The notes under the pieces are model-generated. The model did not search any database and was not told where the DNA came from. It saw only the letters and a program-made list of their open reading frames with translations. Both the position numbers and the translations under genes were made by a program. DNA of 59,664 nt from Perkinsus olseni. Taxonomy: Eukaryota. This document shows, one piece after another, positions 16,240-28,545 of this stretch. The stretch is taken from the NCBI GenBank assembly GCA_013115125.1, contig JABANN010000025.1:62001-121664 (forward strand), read 5' to 3'. How positions within the stretch are numbered: the stretch's first letter is position 1; the number at the start of each line of letters is the position of its first letter.

Positions 16240-18080
16240 ACCAAAGAGTACAACAAGTGAGGTAACGGCGGTTTCCTTTGAAGGTTGAAGTGGGACGCTG
16301 TCCAGCAGAAGTCGAAGCCCACTGTACTTCGCTCAGATCGCCTCGCCGTCGTCGACAGTGTCGAGTCGACCCCTTCATATTTGTGCTTGTCTCCGTACAA
16401 CTCGAACTAGTTGTGCAACACAGACCGTGGGTGAGCTTGTAGGTGATAGTTGCAGCGATCAGAGAACGAGCCTCGGGACAGGGAGGCTTGAACTGCAAAT
16501 GGGACGGAGCTTCCGAGTGATACAGACGGGTCGCGGCTCAGGGACAGCAACAAGATCTGAAGACTTCGACATCCCATGGAGAGATCCACCCCAGTTAACA
16601 ACCTCTCTCACCGACTCCTACTTCGTTGCCTGCACACTACCCGACCTTGAACTCCAGCTCTCTCTAGTGGACCACACCCACGGGCGGCCTTCCGAGGACC
16701 CCACACCCAGGATTGCGGAGCCTGCAAGGATATCGAGGTAACGGCATTATCATAGCCCCCGGGGCAAGACACTGCCGTTCACGACGACATCAGAATTCGC
16801 GGCAGCTGACAGGTGCCGAGTCATCCTCTTCAACTCCACAGCATCCCCAGCTCCCTCTACCCAACACTGAATCGACTAAGGAAACGACTGAGAATGATAA
16901 GAGCCAGCCACAACAGAAAGTGATGGGTTTAGAGCTGCCACTCAAATTGGATGGTGAAACCGTTACTGTCGGACTCATAGCGCCGAGTAAAGCGGCCGTC
17001 AGAGAACGTAGAGGACTCCGAATTACCACTGCCGACTTCCTCACCACCTGGCATCATCTTGGCTCGGCAGATCGGACAAGTAGGGGCCCTCCGTAGCCAC
17101 CGACGACCACACTCTTCGTGGAGGTAGTGGCCGCAGGAGAGTTTGTAACTGCGAATGACCGCAGAGGGATAAGGGGATAACAGTCAGTCGAAGGCGTGCG
17201 GATAGTCCCCCTAATTACCATTTATCACCAACATTGTACTCCTCCATACATATAGCACAGGTGTCGCCGACTACAGCGTCCTCGTCGGTCAGTACGACCT
17301 CAGAAACTCCTTCTAGGGACTCCGGGGACCCTACCACGAAAACTTGCCCGAGCGCTGATGTGACGCCCAACTGACGCCCGTGGGACTCTACCCAACTGAG
17401 CTAATTAGACGTAACCCAGTTGCAACCAAGCATCCACCAAACCCGCGGTGAATGAGCGAGCCTCCATCAAAACCACAGAAGCTTCCTTAGACCCTCAGTG
17501 GCAATAGATCCAGAATCTGTGTCTCTACAGGAAACAACGATCAACTAAAGGCTTCTTAGCTCCAATCCCGAGGAGTGTGTTAAAGGAGCCAGTTCTACCC
17601 GCAGAGGCCTTACGTAACCGTCTAACCACCCCTCTATTACCATCATTAGTATCCCACAGGTGGGCTGCCTTTTCGGGTCCTAGGACCTCCGTTAAAAGTT
17701 CGCTAATACGCTGATCCAAAGCATCAGGGTCCTCCCGTAACGTTGACGGGATGCCTGCTGTTGCCGAGGATATCCTGTTAGCCTGACGCAATACAAAGTC
17801 AATAACTACTTGGAGACGAGGCCGCAGCACTACTATGCCTCCCATGAAGGGTATCCACGATAGGTAGTGACTAGCGAGGTAGTTGGCCCTGTCTGCCATA
17901 CCTAGGGCGGCCTGGACGGCCTCTGGGTACCTAAAGGCGATCACAGGAGCCCCTTCAGATCCTATGTTCATGGGATAAGGTGAACTAATATTAAGTAAAC
18001 TATCTACTGATACACATAAGTATCAATATTATGGTATTGTGATAATAAAGCCCCTCCCTAGGTTACTACGTCCGAACCAT
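16240..18080 (-). mobile_element. Possible degenerate retroelement (gag-like ORF 17525-17971)
   Basis: Intronless 148-aa ORF preceded by an AT-rich leader and a PBS-like TGGTTCGGAC (minus strand, ~18070-18079). Downstream ORFs are broken and show no diagnostic catalytic motif. Confidence 0.25.
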
Positions 18081-19204
18081 TATCTGGGCAATCCTAGCCA
18101 AGGCCGTGGCCTCCTCAGGGTTGGTCTCTGCGAAGCCTGACACAGTGCGAAGTTGATGATGATCCGATGGCAAGTGGTAGTACCAGCAAAGCGCTGTGTG
18201 ATGGTTGGGAAGAGACCATCGGCAGCGGCACCGGGGTCAGAGGACCGGTCTGGGGTGACCACCTCAGTGGAAGGAGCCTCGGCTGGGGCAGAGTGAGGGG
18301 AAGAGGGGGACGAAGAGTCGCTATCCACTCCTTCAAGCAAAACCATTTTACTACGCTAATTATGCGCTGGAAAATGAAAACGCTGAATGTGAAGTGCTTC
18401 GCTCCGCTAGGAAGAAGTAGCGCACGCCCAGTTAGCAAAGAGACTTCACGGGAAAGTCGAGCCCGTGATCTGCCTCTCTGGCGGCTCCAAAGGCAACTGT
18501 GAACCGGTGTACTTGTATAGCGAGATGAGGTGGGTAGATGGTATCCTGTTAGCGTGTTTGGGGGTGCTAGCTCGGGAGCAGCGCCATACAGACGACATCC
18601 GAGCGTCCCGAAGGCCCGTTCGGACCCCAAAAAGGGACCTTTTCGACCTCGCTTCAGTCGGAGGCCGGCTAGCGAGAAGTCATGGAGCTTCAGTGGTCAG
18701 GGAAACCCGTGTTCGCAGTCGTGGTGGTCATGGATGGACGGAGTGAACATCATCCTTCGAAAGGGTGATGCTCGCTATAATCCCACATGATTCCTTTCTT
18801 AGAATAGCCGTCTGCGCTGAATATTGATAGCGCTCTCAGTTGTCTCCAAGTGGAAGTGGCGTCCCGAGAGCGCAGGAGCACTGGCAGATACAACCGTCAC
18901 TTCCAGGCCTCTGAAAGGTAGTTGAACAGAACAGGCCGATACCACCCATTAGCATCAATTATCGGTTCATTCTGTAGGAAGTCCGCATGCTTCCCTACAA
19001 GCTTGGTACAGGGTACCATTTCCTTATGTATTCATACGAGTCGCGTTCAGTACGATTTCGGGTCATGAGGGGGGAGACTAGTGTACGGCCTACTAGTGAT
19101 AGACGAGAGTGTGAGAACGGCGGAGGTGGGCTCCCTTCATGCTGCATGCAGGAGTGCTTTCAACCCTTCGCGCTTCTGAGGCCTTCTCCGCTACCGACAG
19201 CATC

Positions 19205-22200
19205 ATGGCCAAGGAAGACAAGGTGAAGAAGGAGAAAAAGGAGAAAAAGGTTAAAAAAGAGAAGAAAGAGAAAAAGGAAAAGAAAGAGAAGAAGGAAAAG
19301 AAGACGACCAGTAGTAGGAGTACTAAGACGACCACGCGAAAGCCGCGGGCCAAGAAGGTGGTGATGCTGGGAGAGGGTTTCCGCGATGGTGTGGACATGT
19401 AGAAACTAATCCTGCAATCTGCTGCGTCAGAATGTAACTGGCAGTGGAGAGAAAGTAGATGCTGACAAGTGGTCGTGAATTCTAGGTTTCTTGCCACATT
19501 TGTTGCTGGAGGGAGGGGTGATTCGACTAACTTTGGTCATGACGATGACGATGACACTTGAAAGCGCCGTCAGTGAGGCACGTGACATATTTCCATCCGA
19601 AAAGTCCTTTCGAGTCCTTTTGGTCGGTACTAGCACCGCCGTCACACTCGGAGCAACTCAAAATTCGAAGGCGTGGTCGCTGCTTGGATACTCTTGTTGC
19701 ATGACTTCATCATCGCACAGCACGGTTATGAACCCTAACAGGAAAACCTCTGGTGGTATAGAGTAGGCTTCAGAGTTGTGCTTGGAGTGGTAGGGGAGAT
19801 AGCTGGAGGAGACGCTGGGAAATAATGGTTGCATATGCTCAGGAGGGCGACGAGAAGCCTGCAACTGGGGGGAGGAAGAGAAAGGCCATCGTACGGACAG
19901 AGGATGACTTTGAGCCTTTCAATAGATGGTGGGAGAAGGATCCGGAGGTAGTACCCGGGCTCTCTATGGTCGATGCCAACGGCATTCTGGTCTACTGCTT
20001 CCCGTCTGGGCGCCAGAGGAGTCTTTTCATGGCCGCGTGCTCAGGACTCTGACAAGAAGTGGACGTATCTTGAGCATCATGGGATGATGTTCACGCCAGC
20101 CTATGAGCCTCATGGGGTTAAGATGCTGTAATGAAGCTGCTCGTCATCAGCTTGATGAGGGAAGTTCGAGGGGAGTAGGTATAAAGGAGAGCCGGTAGAC
20201 TTGCCACCAGAAGCGGAGGAAGTGGCGACATTCTTCGCGCAGACGCTAGGTGAGTATCTTTCTAGGGAGCGGCTTGCGTATCTTTGGTTGAACAACGTCA
20301 TTCGCAATGGAGGTCGGGTTTTGGTAGGGACGGACTGGTGCAAAAAGGAGAAATTTCAGAAGAACTTCTGGGTGGACTTTCAAGCGACACTACCGAAAGA
20401 GTTGAAGTCGAAGATAACAAAACTGAAGGAGTAGGAGATGGTCTCGGGTTCGATCCCAGGGAAAGGCTTTTTATTCAGTTGCGACTTCGAGCCGATCAAG
20501 AACTATCTGGATAAGCGGAGCGAAGCAAAGAAGGCGAGGACAAAAGAGGAGAAGGAGGCAGAGAAGGAAGCTAAGAAGAAGGAAGACTACCCCTACACCC
20601 ACGTCATTGTGGATGAGCTTCGAGAGAGGTCATACGGGCCCTCAATTTGCTGTCCGTCTGCGGAGTTTCATGCATTCGTCACGAGTTTTCCGCCGAATGC
20701 CAGGATGAACATCGAAAGTATCTCGCGGGAGTCCATCGCCGGGCCAAGGCTCACGCACCAGCATTTTCGTTCTTCCGGCACGTCAGCGTACTTTAGAGTA
20801 TCATCCGCTTAGGGTTGGCAACTTCCGAGTGGAGCCCCCGAATCTCTTCCGAGGTCGAGGGGACCATCCGAAGATGGGCAAGCTGAAGCAGTACATCATG
20901 CCGGAAGATGTCACTGTGAATTGCGCTGCGGACGCCCCGGCTCCGAGGGTACCAACACTGGTTGGATGGAGGGACGCGTAGTGGCCTTGTGCTCAGTGTC
21001 CCCTCCCTGGGCACGCGTATCGGGATGTGGTCCACGACCCTTCTGTAACATGGCTGGCTTGGTTTACTGATACTATCAATAACCAGTTCAAGTAATTTTG
21101 GAATCTGCCAGCTTCGACCGTGGATACGCCATACTTTGAGGTACGTCTTTCTTAATGCTGCTAGCGGCTTCAAGGGACAAAGTGATTGGCTGAAGTATGA
21201 GAAGGCACGAAAGTTGAAGAAGTAGGCTGACGCTGCTCCCATGGGAGGGGGTAGGGGCGTCGGCGTAGGTTCATCCGGGGCATTCGAGATGACTACACCA
21301 AGAAGATGAAGTCAAGTGACGAGGAGGAGAAGGAGTTGGGCACTGCGGTCTACCTGATCGACCGGCTGGCGTTGAGGGTAGACGGCCATGGCACCCCTGA
21401 GCTTATCATCATCTTGGACATTACTGGTTTAGGTTGGTAATGAGAAGAATACCGAGGAGGAGGCGGACACTGTCGGCTGCTGTAAGCTCAGCAGCCCCCC
21501 TCTGGTCTACTGCTGCTCGAGGCTCACATAAGCTCGTCGCTTCTATCCTTCTCCGAGCTGAGTCTCGGACGTTCTGCACGGATCTTAACCCTTCGCGAAG
21601 TCAATCACTTTAGACCTGGAGAACTATTCACTGTTTTGGCATTATAAGAGAAGTTCGTCGAGTTCCACACCATCGTTTTTCTTACCGCAGCCTCGCTCCG
21701 CCTCTGTCCGGATTCCCCTCGCCCTCCCCTAGGTAGTCTCCGTGCTGAGCACATGACCTTCGAGCCCGACAATAAGATCACCCTTGACTTCCTCGGCAAG
21801 GATTCTATCCGTTACCTCAATACCGTCCAGGTGGACCCGTACGTCGGGGCTCCGGGGGGCCATCGGCTGTTGACTTCTTCTCCCCCGTTCTCAGGCTGGT
21901 GTACAAAAATCTCAAGGCGCTCGCCAAGGCACGGAAGCCTGATGAAATGATATTCTCGATCGACCCTTCCAAGGTCAATGACTACTTCAAACAGTTCATG
22001 CAGGAGTTGTCGGCCAAGGTACCAGCAACCTCGTCGTGTCACCAGGCGCCGTCTTACCTCTCTTTAGGTCTTCCGTACCTACAACGCCTCCATCACGTTG
22101 GAGCAGGAGCTCTGTAGGAGGACTCCATTCGGCAGTCAGATGTCCGACCTGCATGAGAGTGTTTAGGTAAATTCGACCCCGCTGAGCATGACATCAACGA

Positions 22201-22985
22201 CCCCAGCGAGCTTGTGAAGTTTTACAATGACGCCAACAGAAGAGTTGCCATCCTGTGTAACCATCAAGTGGGTATCCATCCGCGCTTCGCTCCGCCGTCA
22301 GTCCAACTTTTTTCTCCGCAGCGGGCGCCGCCCAAGCAGCACGAGGCGGGTATGGAGCGGTTGAAGAAGAAGCTGAGCGATCAGGAGGTTGGTCGTGTGC
22401 ATGCGTGCTGTATCAGGCGCGATCTGCTTCTCTATCAGGCTACTTTAAGAGGCCTCGAGGGACTGCGGGATGAGCACCTTGGCAAGAGCGTTTCCAAAAC
22501 TGTGAGTCACCAACGCTGGTCCTTCTTCTGTTGGGACGATGGCTGCTCAGGTGAAAGACATCATTGCCGAGAAGAACTTGAAGTCGAGTAACATGGACGC
22601 CTTGGTACGGAAGATCAAGTCGCAGACACTAGCAGGTCGGTGAGGGGGGGGGCCATGATGCCGTCCAACTTGCTGTTGTGTCAGTGGAACGAACGAAGAT
22701 ACAGATAGCGGACAAGGAGGATAACAAGACAGTATCTTTGACCACCTCCAAGATCAACTATATGGACCCTCGGATATCTGTTGCCTTCTGCAAGTCTCAC
22801 GATTGTCCGATCGAGAAGGTAAGCAGACGCTGCTAGCGTCGTTTGGCGTTTGCCTCAGTCGCGAATCTGTTGGCAGTAGCGTGCATTATGAGAGTTGTTG
22901 CCATTGCTTCCGTCAGATCTTCGCCAAGACCATCCGAAACAAGTTCCCTTGGGCCATGCACACCAAGAGCACTTGGAGGTTCTAG
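19205..22985 (+). CDS. TOP1: DNA topoisomerase I (type IB), multi-exon
   Basis: KKE-rich N-terminus. Motifs [110 protein letters not shown], catalytic [10 protein letters not shown], and end KFPWAM..WRF. Confidence 0.98.
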
Positions 22986-23346
22986 CATGGTGTCAAAGAT
23001 GCTGTCGGCATTTATCCTGCACGTGGCCCGTTGGTTTCTGACACCTCTAGCTATGCTGGCCTATTGCTAACGTTCGACCTCTCTCAGCCTTGAGTTCCTC
23101 ATCTTAAATCACTTCCTGGGGGAGAGACAGTCGCTGCGCGATGGTGTTGAGTGATGATCAATACTAACTTTACTTCGTTAAAGACTACGTCTTCGAGTTT
23201 CTCATCTTAGGGAGGGAGTCACTCTACCACCAGAGGGAGGGGCAGTCGCCGCCGCTGCCGTGATAGTGATGAGAGATGATTAATACCTACATCCCTCCCC
23301 GTAACACTGAGTGCCTCGGAGAGGCCATGAAAGTGCTGACACTGTG

Positions 23347-26118
23347 ATGGCTGGCCAAGTGGCGTCCATGCCGTCGTCGGGCGGCCTCGCGACCATCGGT
23401 ATGGCTCCTCGCCAGAAGTACCCTCAAATCCGAATGAATATTGCTGGCCGTCCACAGCAGCAGCAGCAGCCACAACCCCTGCAACTCGCTGATCTCCGCT
23501 CGGACCTCATCCGTCAGGAAGAGACCGTCATCTTCGCTCTCATCGAGCGGGCTCAGTACAAGCAGGTGGGTGATGTTGTACACGACGGTGTGAACGCTAC
23601 GGCCTCAGAATCTGAGCAACTACGCCCGCTACAACGAGATTGGTACCTGCTCAAAGCTGGACTACTTCCTCACTGAGACCGAGAAGCTTCATTCAAGGTT
23701 CAGAAGATATGATATGCTCGAGGAGCCCTTCACCAACCCTAAATTTGTAACCTATTTTGTCTTACGCCAGGATCGACCTTAGATGCCTCAGTTACCCGCC
23801 CCTCTTTTCTCTGAGGCTGAGGACAGCCCACAGCGCATCGTCCCCAACACCATCAACGCCAACAGTCGTCTTAAATCGTAAGCTTGCTCTGGCCTCGATG
23901 GCCTCCACTGCACCCCACAGGTTTTACATCAAAAATGTTATCCCCCTGGTCTGTCGTCCGGGCGAGGAGGAGTCGTCAGCCTCTCTAGGTAGCCTCAAGA
24001 TTCACTGTGTTGATCCAGTTTATACAGAAATCTTTTTCTAGGGGCCTCAGTGGTGAGAGATGTTACCGCTCTGCAGGCCATGAGCAGGAGAATCCACTTC
24101 GGCAAGTTGGTCGCCGAGGCAAAGTTCCAGGCCAACACGGAACTGTAAGGAGCATTGAGCTCTCTTGGTCGACGCTGCCGTGTAGATACTCTCAGCTTAT
24201 CCGCGCACAGGATGCTGACGGCCTGATGGACCTCCTCACGGACTCTGCCGTCGAGGAGAAGCTGTTGTTGAGGGTTCGGGAGAAGGCCCGGGCCTACGGT
24301 CGGGATATACAGACCGGTGACAAACGCCAACTTGAGTGTTAACGCAGGAGCTGCAGGGCGGAGTCAGGTGGATCCGAAGCAGCGGTCAATGACTCGGCTC
24401 TGAAGGTCGATCCGGACACGGTTGTGCTGGCCTACAGGGAGCTGATGATTCCTCTGACTAAGGAGGTCCAGGTCAGGACTCCATCGAATGGGGAACTTCC
24501 TTCCCCTAGTTTCCGTTGGATAGGTGGCTTACCTCCTTCGAAGGCTGGACTCACTGGTGGTAGCAGTGACGGCCGGCTGGGCTAGAGTCGCTGCGGTCGA
24601 GTACACTACGAGCAACCCCCTCAATAGCAGCCCGAGAGCTATAAACACGAAAGCTCACGCAGCCGAGTTGAAGGTCCACGAGTAGGCCGCCGCAGCAACA
24701 ACAGGGGGTTGGTGGATGAATTCCCCACTCGGCCTCAGTTCGGTGAAGAGCGTTTTCGATGATGTAGCCAGCGGTGCTGTGAGCTTCGGCGTGGTCCCTT
24801 TAGACAGCTCGGTGACGGGTAGGTGATACCCCTGAGTATGGAGGCTCAGCCTGTTGAAAAGGTGTCGACATTCAAACGCTGGGGGCGCTCATCGACAGTC
24901 ATCGGCCCAACGGCGCGGACCTGGTCGTGTGCGACCAGATATCATTGCAGCCCAGGTACACCTGTAGGCATCTTCCTTCGGATGGGTGGCCCGACATGGT
25001 CCTCAGTTACGCGGTGATATCTCAGCCGGTTAAGTCGGGCAGACCGATTCCGCTGACTAAGGCGTCTCGGGTCATCACAACCTCGATGGCCTCCGAGTAC
25101 TGCAGAGGACAAATCTCAAAAGTCCCGGGCATAAAAATTCATCTGGTTGATACTTACTTTGAGGCTGTGGAGAAGGTAAGTCGGCCACAGTACGAATGGC
25201 CAGCAGCGGCAGTGTTGTTGTCTGGTCAGCTGATCGAGACGGTTAAGGATGATCCGAAGGCTGTAGCGGTGATCCCCACGCCCTACCTCTACGAGATGAT
25301 TGAGGACTACGATCAAGACTTCAAGTCCATCATCATACCTAACGCGGACCTCGACAATGTTAAGCTGCAGTAAGTGGCAGCGGCGGCGTGTTGGTCTCTT
25401 TCACTCGGGGGATCCAGTGTCGTGCCGACGCGATCCGAGACTGACAGAGAAAACAAGTAGGACTGTACGGAAGAGGAGATCTTGCTGATTTTAAATATGT
25501 TAGTATTTATGCGGCATCTCTGTGCAAATCATGAACAGAAATTTCAATAGAAAAATCTGCTGATAGTAATCGCTGGCCCGAGATCCGTCGACCGCAGCAT
25601 CCGCTCTCGATCAACTCGTTGGTGCCGTCATTCCGGTTCAGGTTTGGGATTCTGCGCCGTCCCCTTGCCAACTCCTCGGCTACCGGCTCGGACCGCACCC
25701 TCATCGCCTTCAATGTCAACCACAAGCACGGCTCCCTTATGGGCGCGCTGGACTGCTTCAGATCATCCCAAGTCAATCTATCGAGCCTTCATTCATTCCC
25801 TGCGAGTAGGGCATCTACCATGTTCGACCTGTGCGACTACGGCTGCTGCTCTGCCGCCAGGTACGGGTTTCGACTTCGTGGCGATCGCCGATGGTCATCC
25901 TGATGACAAGCAAACGCAAGACGCCCTCGCACTTTTGACAGGCAGCAGAGGCGGCAATGATGACAGGCCAAACTGGGCTAAGGTGGAATGCTTTGTTAAG
26001 CTCCCCCGTCGTCGCTCTCGGGCGCAAACACTCTGTGGCTACGGCATCGGTAGGTGCCTCAACCGTTGTGATCTATCAGGTACTGGGCTGTTTCCATATC
26101 CGCGAAGAAGACCGCTGA
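23347..26118 (+). CDS. Chorismate mutase (yeast ARO7/plant type) fused to a divergent prephenate dehydratase + ACT domain
   Basis: CM motifs LRSDLIRQEETVIFALIERAQY, EKLHSRFRRY, LQAMSRRIHFGKLVAEAKF, LTDSAVE, IPLTKEVQVAYLLRRLD. Then PDT-like VFDDVASG..FGVVPLDSS and ACT RTLIAFNVNHKHGSLMGALDCF..VNLSSL, ending KVLGCF. Confidence 0.88.
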
Positions 26119-27421
26119 GTCCGAAGGGAATGATATGATTTTTTTGTTATTTTATCACGACTTGGATCGGTATCCTACCACTTCACACCGCAGCTGTCGA
26201 TGAAATGTTGGTAGAATAATTTTCTCTGAACGCCGAGCTCATCGGCTTGGGGGAGAAGTCTCCTTCGCGGGAAGAGTGTTCGAGTTGTGAGTTGGGGCAT
26301 CGTAGGTTGTACAGGGACTCTTGATACGACTAAGTCGACTCACGAAACTGACATCACTTTAAACTTGTTCAGCTCAACCGGAACCGGCGTTGGACTATAA
26401 ACTCACACGCACTTCAGACTTAATTGGTCTTTGATGACTCCGCTCCCGATGGAGTGAGAAGAGGACAGCGTTGTTGAAAAGGGTTTGTTGCATTAAGCTT
26501 TCTGATAGTGGAGTTAGAGAAGCCAGATGGGTGGCGACAAGCGTTACTCTACTACGCTATGCATTAGATATAGTCGGCTATTAACAAGCCATCCTCAGGG
26601 GAGACCGGAGGTGATAGAGGCAACCGAGCTATGCACAGTTACACATTTGAGTACATGGGAACAGCACACGAGGGTGATATATGAGCGACCGCCGATGAAA
26701 CCGCAAGCGTTCCCCGCTGAAATCATGAGTCAGGGTGTTTCGGCGAGCCTTGAGTTATCGTCGAGTCCTTGACCGGTTTGAGTGCTCGGGCGCCGTGTAT
26801 CTCAGACATTGTCGGCGGGTCCGCGGCAAACATCATGGGCTTCCTTGGGTCCCACACTAGTGCTTCTACGCAACTCGTCCTCTGGTCAACAGGCGTTGCC
26901 GCGGACGATGCCGAAACCCGCCGCCACAGTGTGCGGACAGGCCGTAGCCGCGGCCTGTCGACGACGGGCTGTGGTCCATAGGAGAAGATCTCGTAAAGTC
27001 TGAACGGCATCTCGTAGTTCTCGGGGTCCTGGGTCCATTGCAGCTGCCCTTGGCACGTGGATTAACACAACAGCACAGAGTAAACAGAGACGCAGAATTG
27101 TACTTCCGTACACCGCTGCAAAACAGTTATGGCGAAATAGGTCCATTTAGCGACCTATCGAGACATAGCCAGGCGGGGTACACTGTACAGTATTCAAGGT
27201 AGATGCGCCACAGCGATGGTAAGGTAACAACATCGCAGTATGGACAAATTGTCCAGGACAATCAACCCTGAGTCTCATGAAAAACGGATTATATCTTGAC
27301 GAAAGAGGAAGTGAGCAGAATTTTTTCAATCCACAAGGGAGCGTCGCCCTTGAGAAGCGTCGCCCTGGACGACTACTCGCCCATTGCGAACATGGTAGGC
27401 GGGAACTCCAGCGTAAAAGTG

Positions 27422-27883
27422 TCAGACGGGTGACAAGAAATTGAAATGAGTCGGCTCGGCGGAAGTTGGCCCGGGGTTAGTAGGCTCCGCGGTAGTAGGC
27501 CCAGGGGTAGTAGGCTCCGCGGTAGTAGGCTCCGCGGTAGTCGGCTCAGGGGTAGTAGGCTCCGCGGTAGTAGGCTCCGCGGTAGTAGGCTCAGGGGTAG
27601 TAGGCTCCGCGGTAGTACGCTCCGCGGTAGTAGGCTCAGGGGTAGTAGGCTCAGGGGTAGTAGGCTCAGGGGTAGTAGGCTCAGGGGTAGTAGGCTCAGG
27701 GGTAGTAGGCTCCGCGGTAGTAGGCTCAGGGGTAGTAGGCTCCGCGGTAGTAGGCTCAGGGGTAGTAGGCTCAGGGGTAGTAGGCTCCGCGGTAGTCGGC
27801 TCTGGGGTAGTGGGCTGCCCGGTAGTAGGCTCGCCGGATAGTAGGATAGCAGCCAAACAGAGAGATAAAGAAGCGTAACGCAT
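27422..27883 (-). CDS. Secreted mucin-like Thr/Pro-rich protein
   Basis: Signal-peptide-like MRYASLSLCLAAILLSG followed by ~24 EPTT[PA] pentapeptides. Further downstream exons (to ~26800) are possible but unresolved. Confidence 0.7.
   Translation of the reverse strand: MRYASLSLCLAAILLSGEPTTGQPTTPEPTTAEPTTPEPTTPEPTTAEPTTPEPTTAEPTTPEPTTPEPTTPEPTTPEPTTPEPTTAERTTAEPTTPEPTTAEPTTAEPTTPEPTTAEPTTAEPTTPGPTTAEPTNPGPTSAEPTHFNFLSPV
27476..27833. repeat. 15-bp tandem repeat (ggtagtaggctc[cgc/agg]), ~24 copies
   Basis: Directly visible array with two alternating variants. Confidence 0.97.
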
Positions 27884-28545
27884 TTGAATCCTTACTCGGT
27901 AACCTAGAAGAATCGTAGATGAGAGGAGGTTGTTTGGATGTCATTCTTGTTCTCCCTCAGCCTAGCTTACTGACCGCAGTGTCTGCAGTGCGTCTGCAGT
28001 GCAGACTCTTCACTTTCACTATAGTGAGAGCATAGTAACAGCCACAGCTCCAGCCCGGTCCAGTACTAATTAGCTGTCAGACTATCATTGCTGTACTTTA
28101 CTGCTGCTGCGTATCAGATAATCGTCTGACCTCATTCATTGCACTCGCGTGCAGGAATAAACGTGCTGCACTACGGCTAGCTTGGTAAGCTGTAGATGAC
28201 GTTATTGCTCAAATCCTCCCGAGCCTAATCTTACCCTTCTTCGAGCCCCGTCTCACATAGCCACACAGTACTAAGTTGTAGTGAAGGGACTCAGAACGAC
28301 TCGTGCTGCACGAGCGTGTATAGTCGATTAGGATGTTCCACTGACATTATGTAGGCGTGCCGTCGCATGCTGCTGCTCCATTGTAGCACGCAAGCCCGTT
28401 TGTATAGTTTTTCTCTACTAGGGCTGAAGTTTGCTAGCACATTGATGGAAGTAAGCTGTGTCAGTTGGTTCTTACCTGAATACTTGTCTACTGTGTCGGT
28501 AAATCCACAATAGTGTTAGGGTTGGTTGTTAGCAGAGCCATCCAG

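Noticed and set aside
19728-19741. AACCCTAAC as a telomerase template
   Set aside because: A 9-nt match is expected by chance; no other support.
20431-20478. tRNA B-box-like GGGTTCGATCCC in a TOP1 intron
   Set aside because: The intron is only ~48 nt, with no acceptor, D or anticodon arms.
23347-26118. Bacterial pheA contamination or recent transfer
   Set aside because: The gene has many spliceosomal introns and the CM domain is the eukaryotic long form.
27446-27841. Plus-strand (GSRLR)n ORF
   Set aside because: Antisense shadow of the mucin repeat; the minus frame has the signal peptide.
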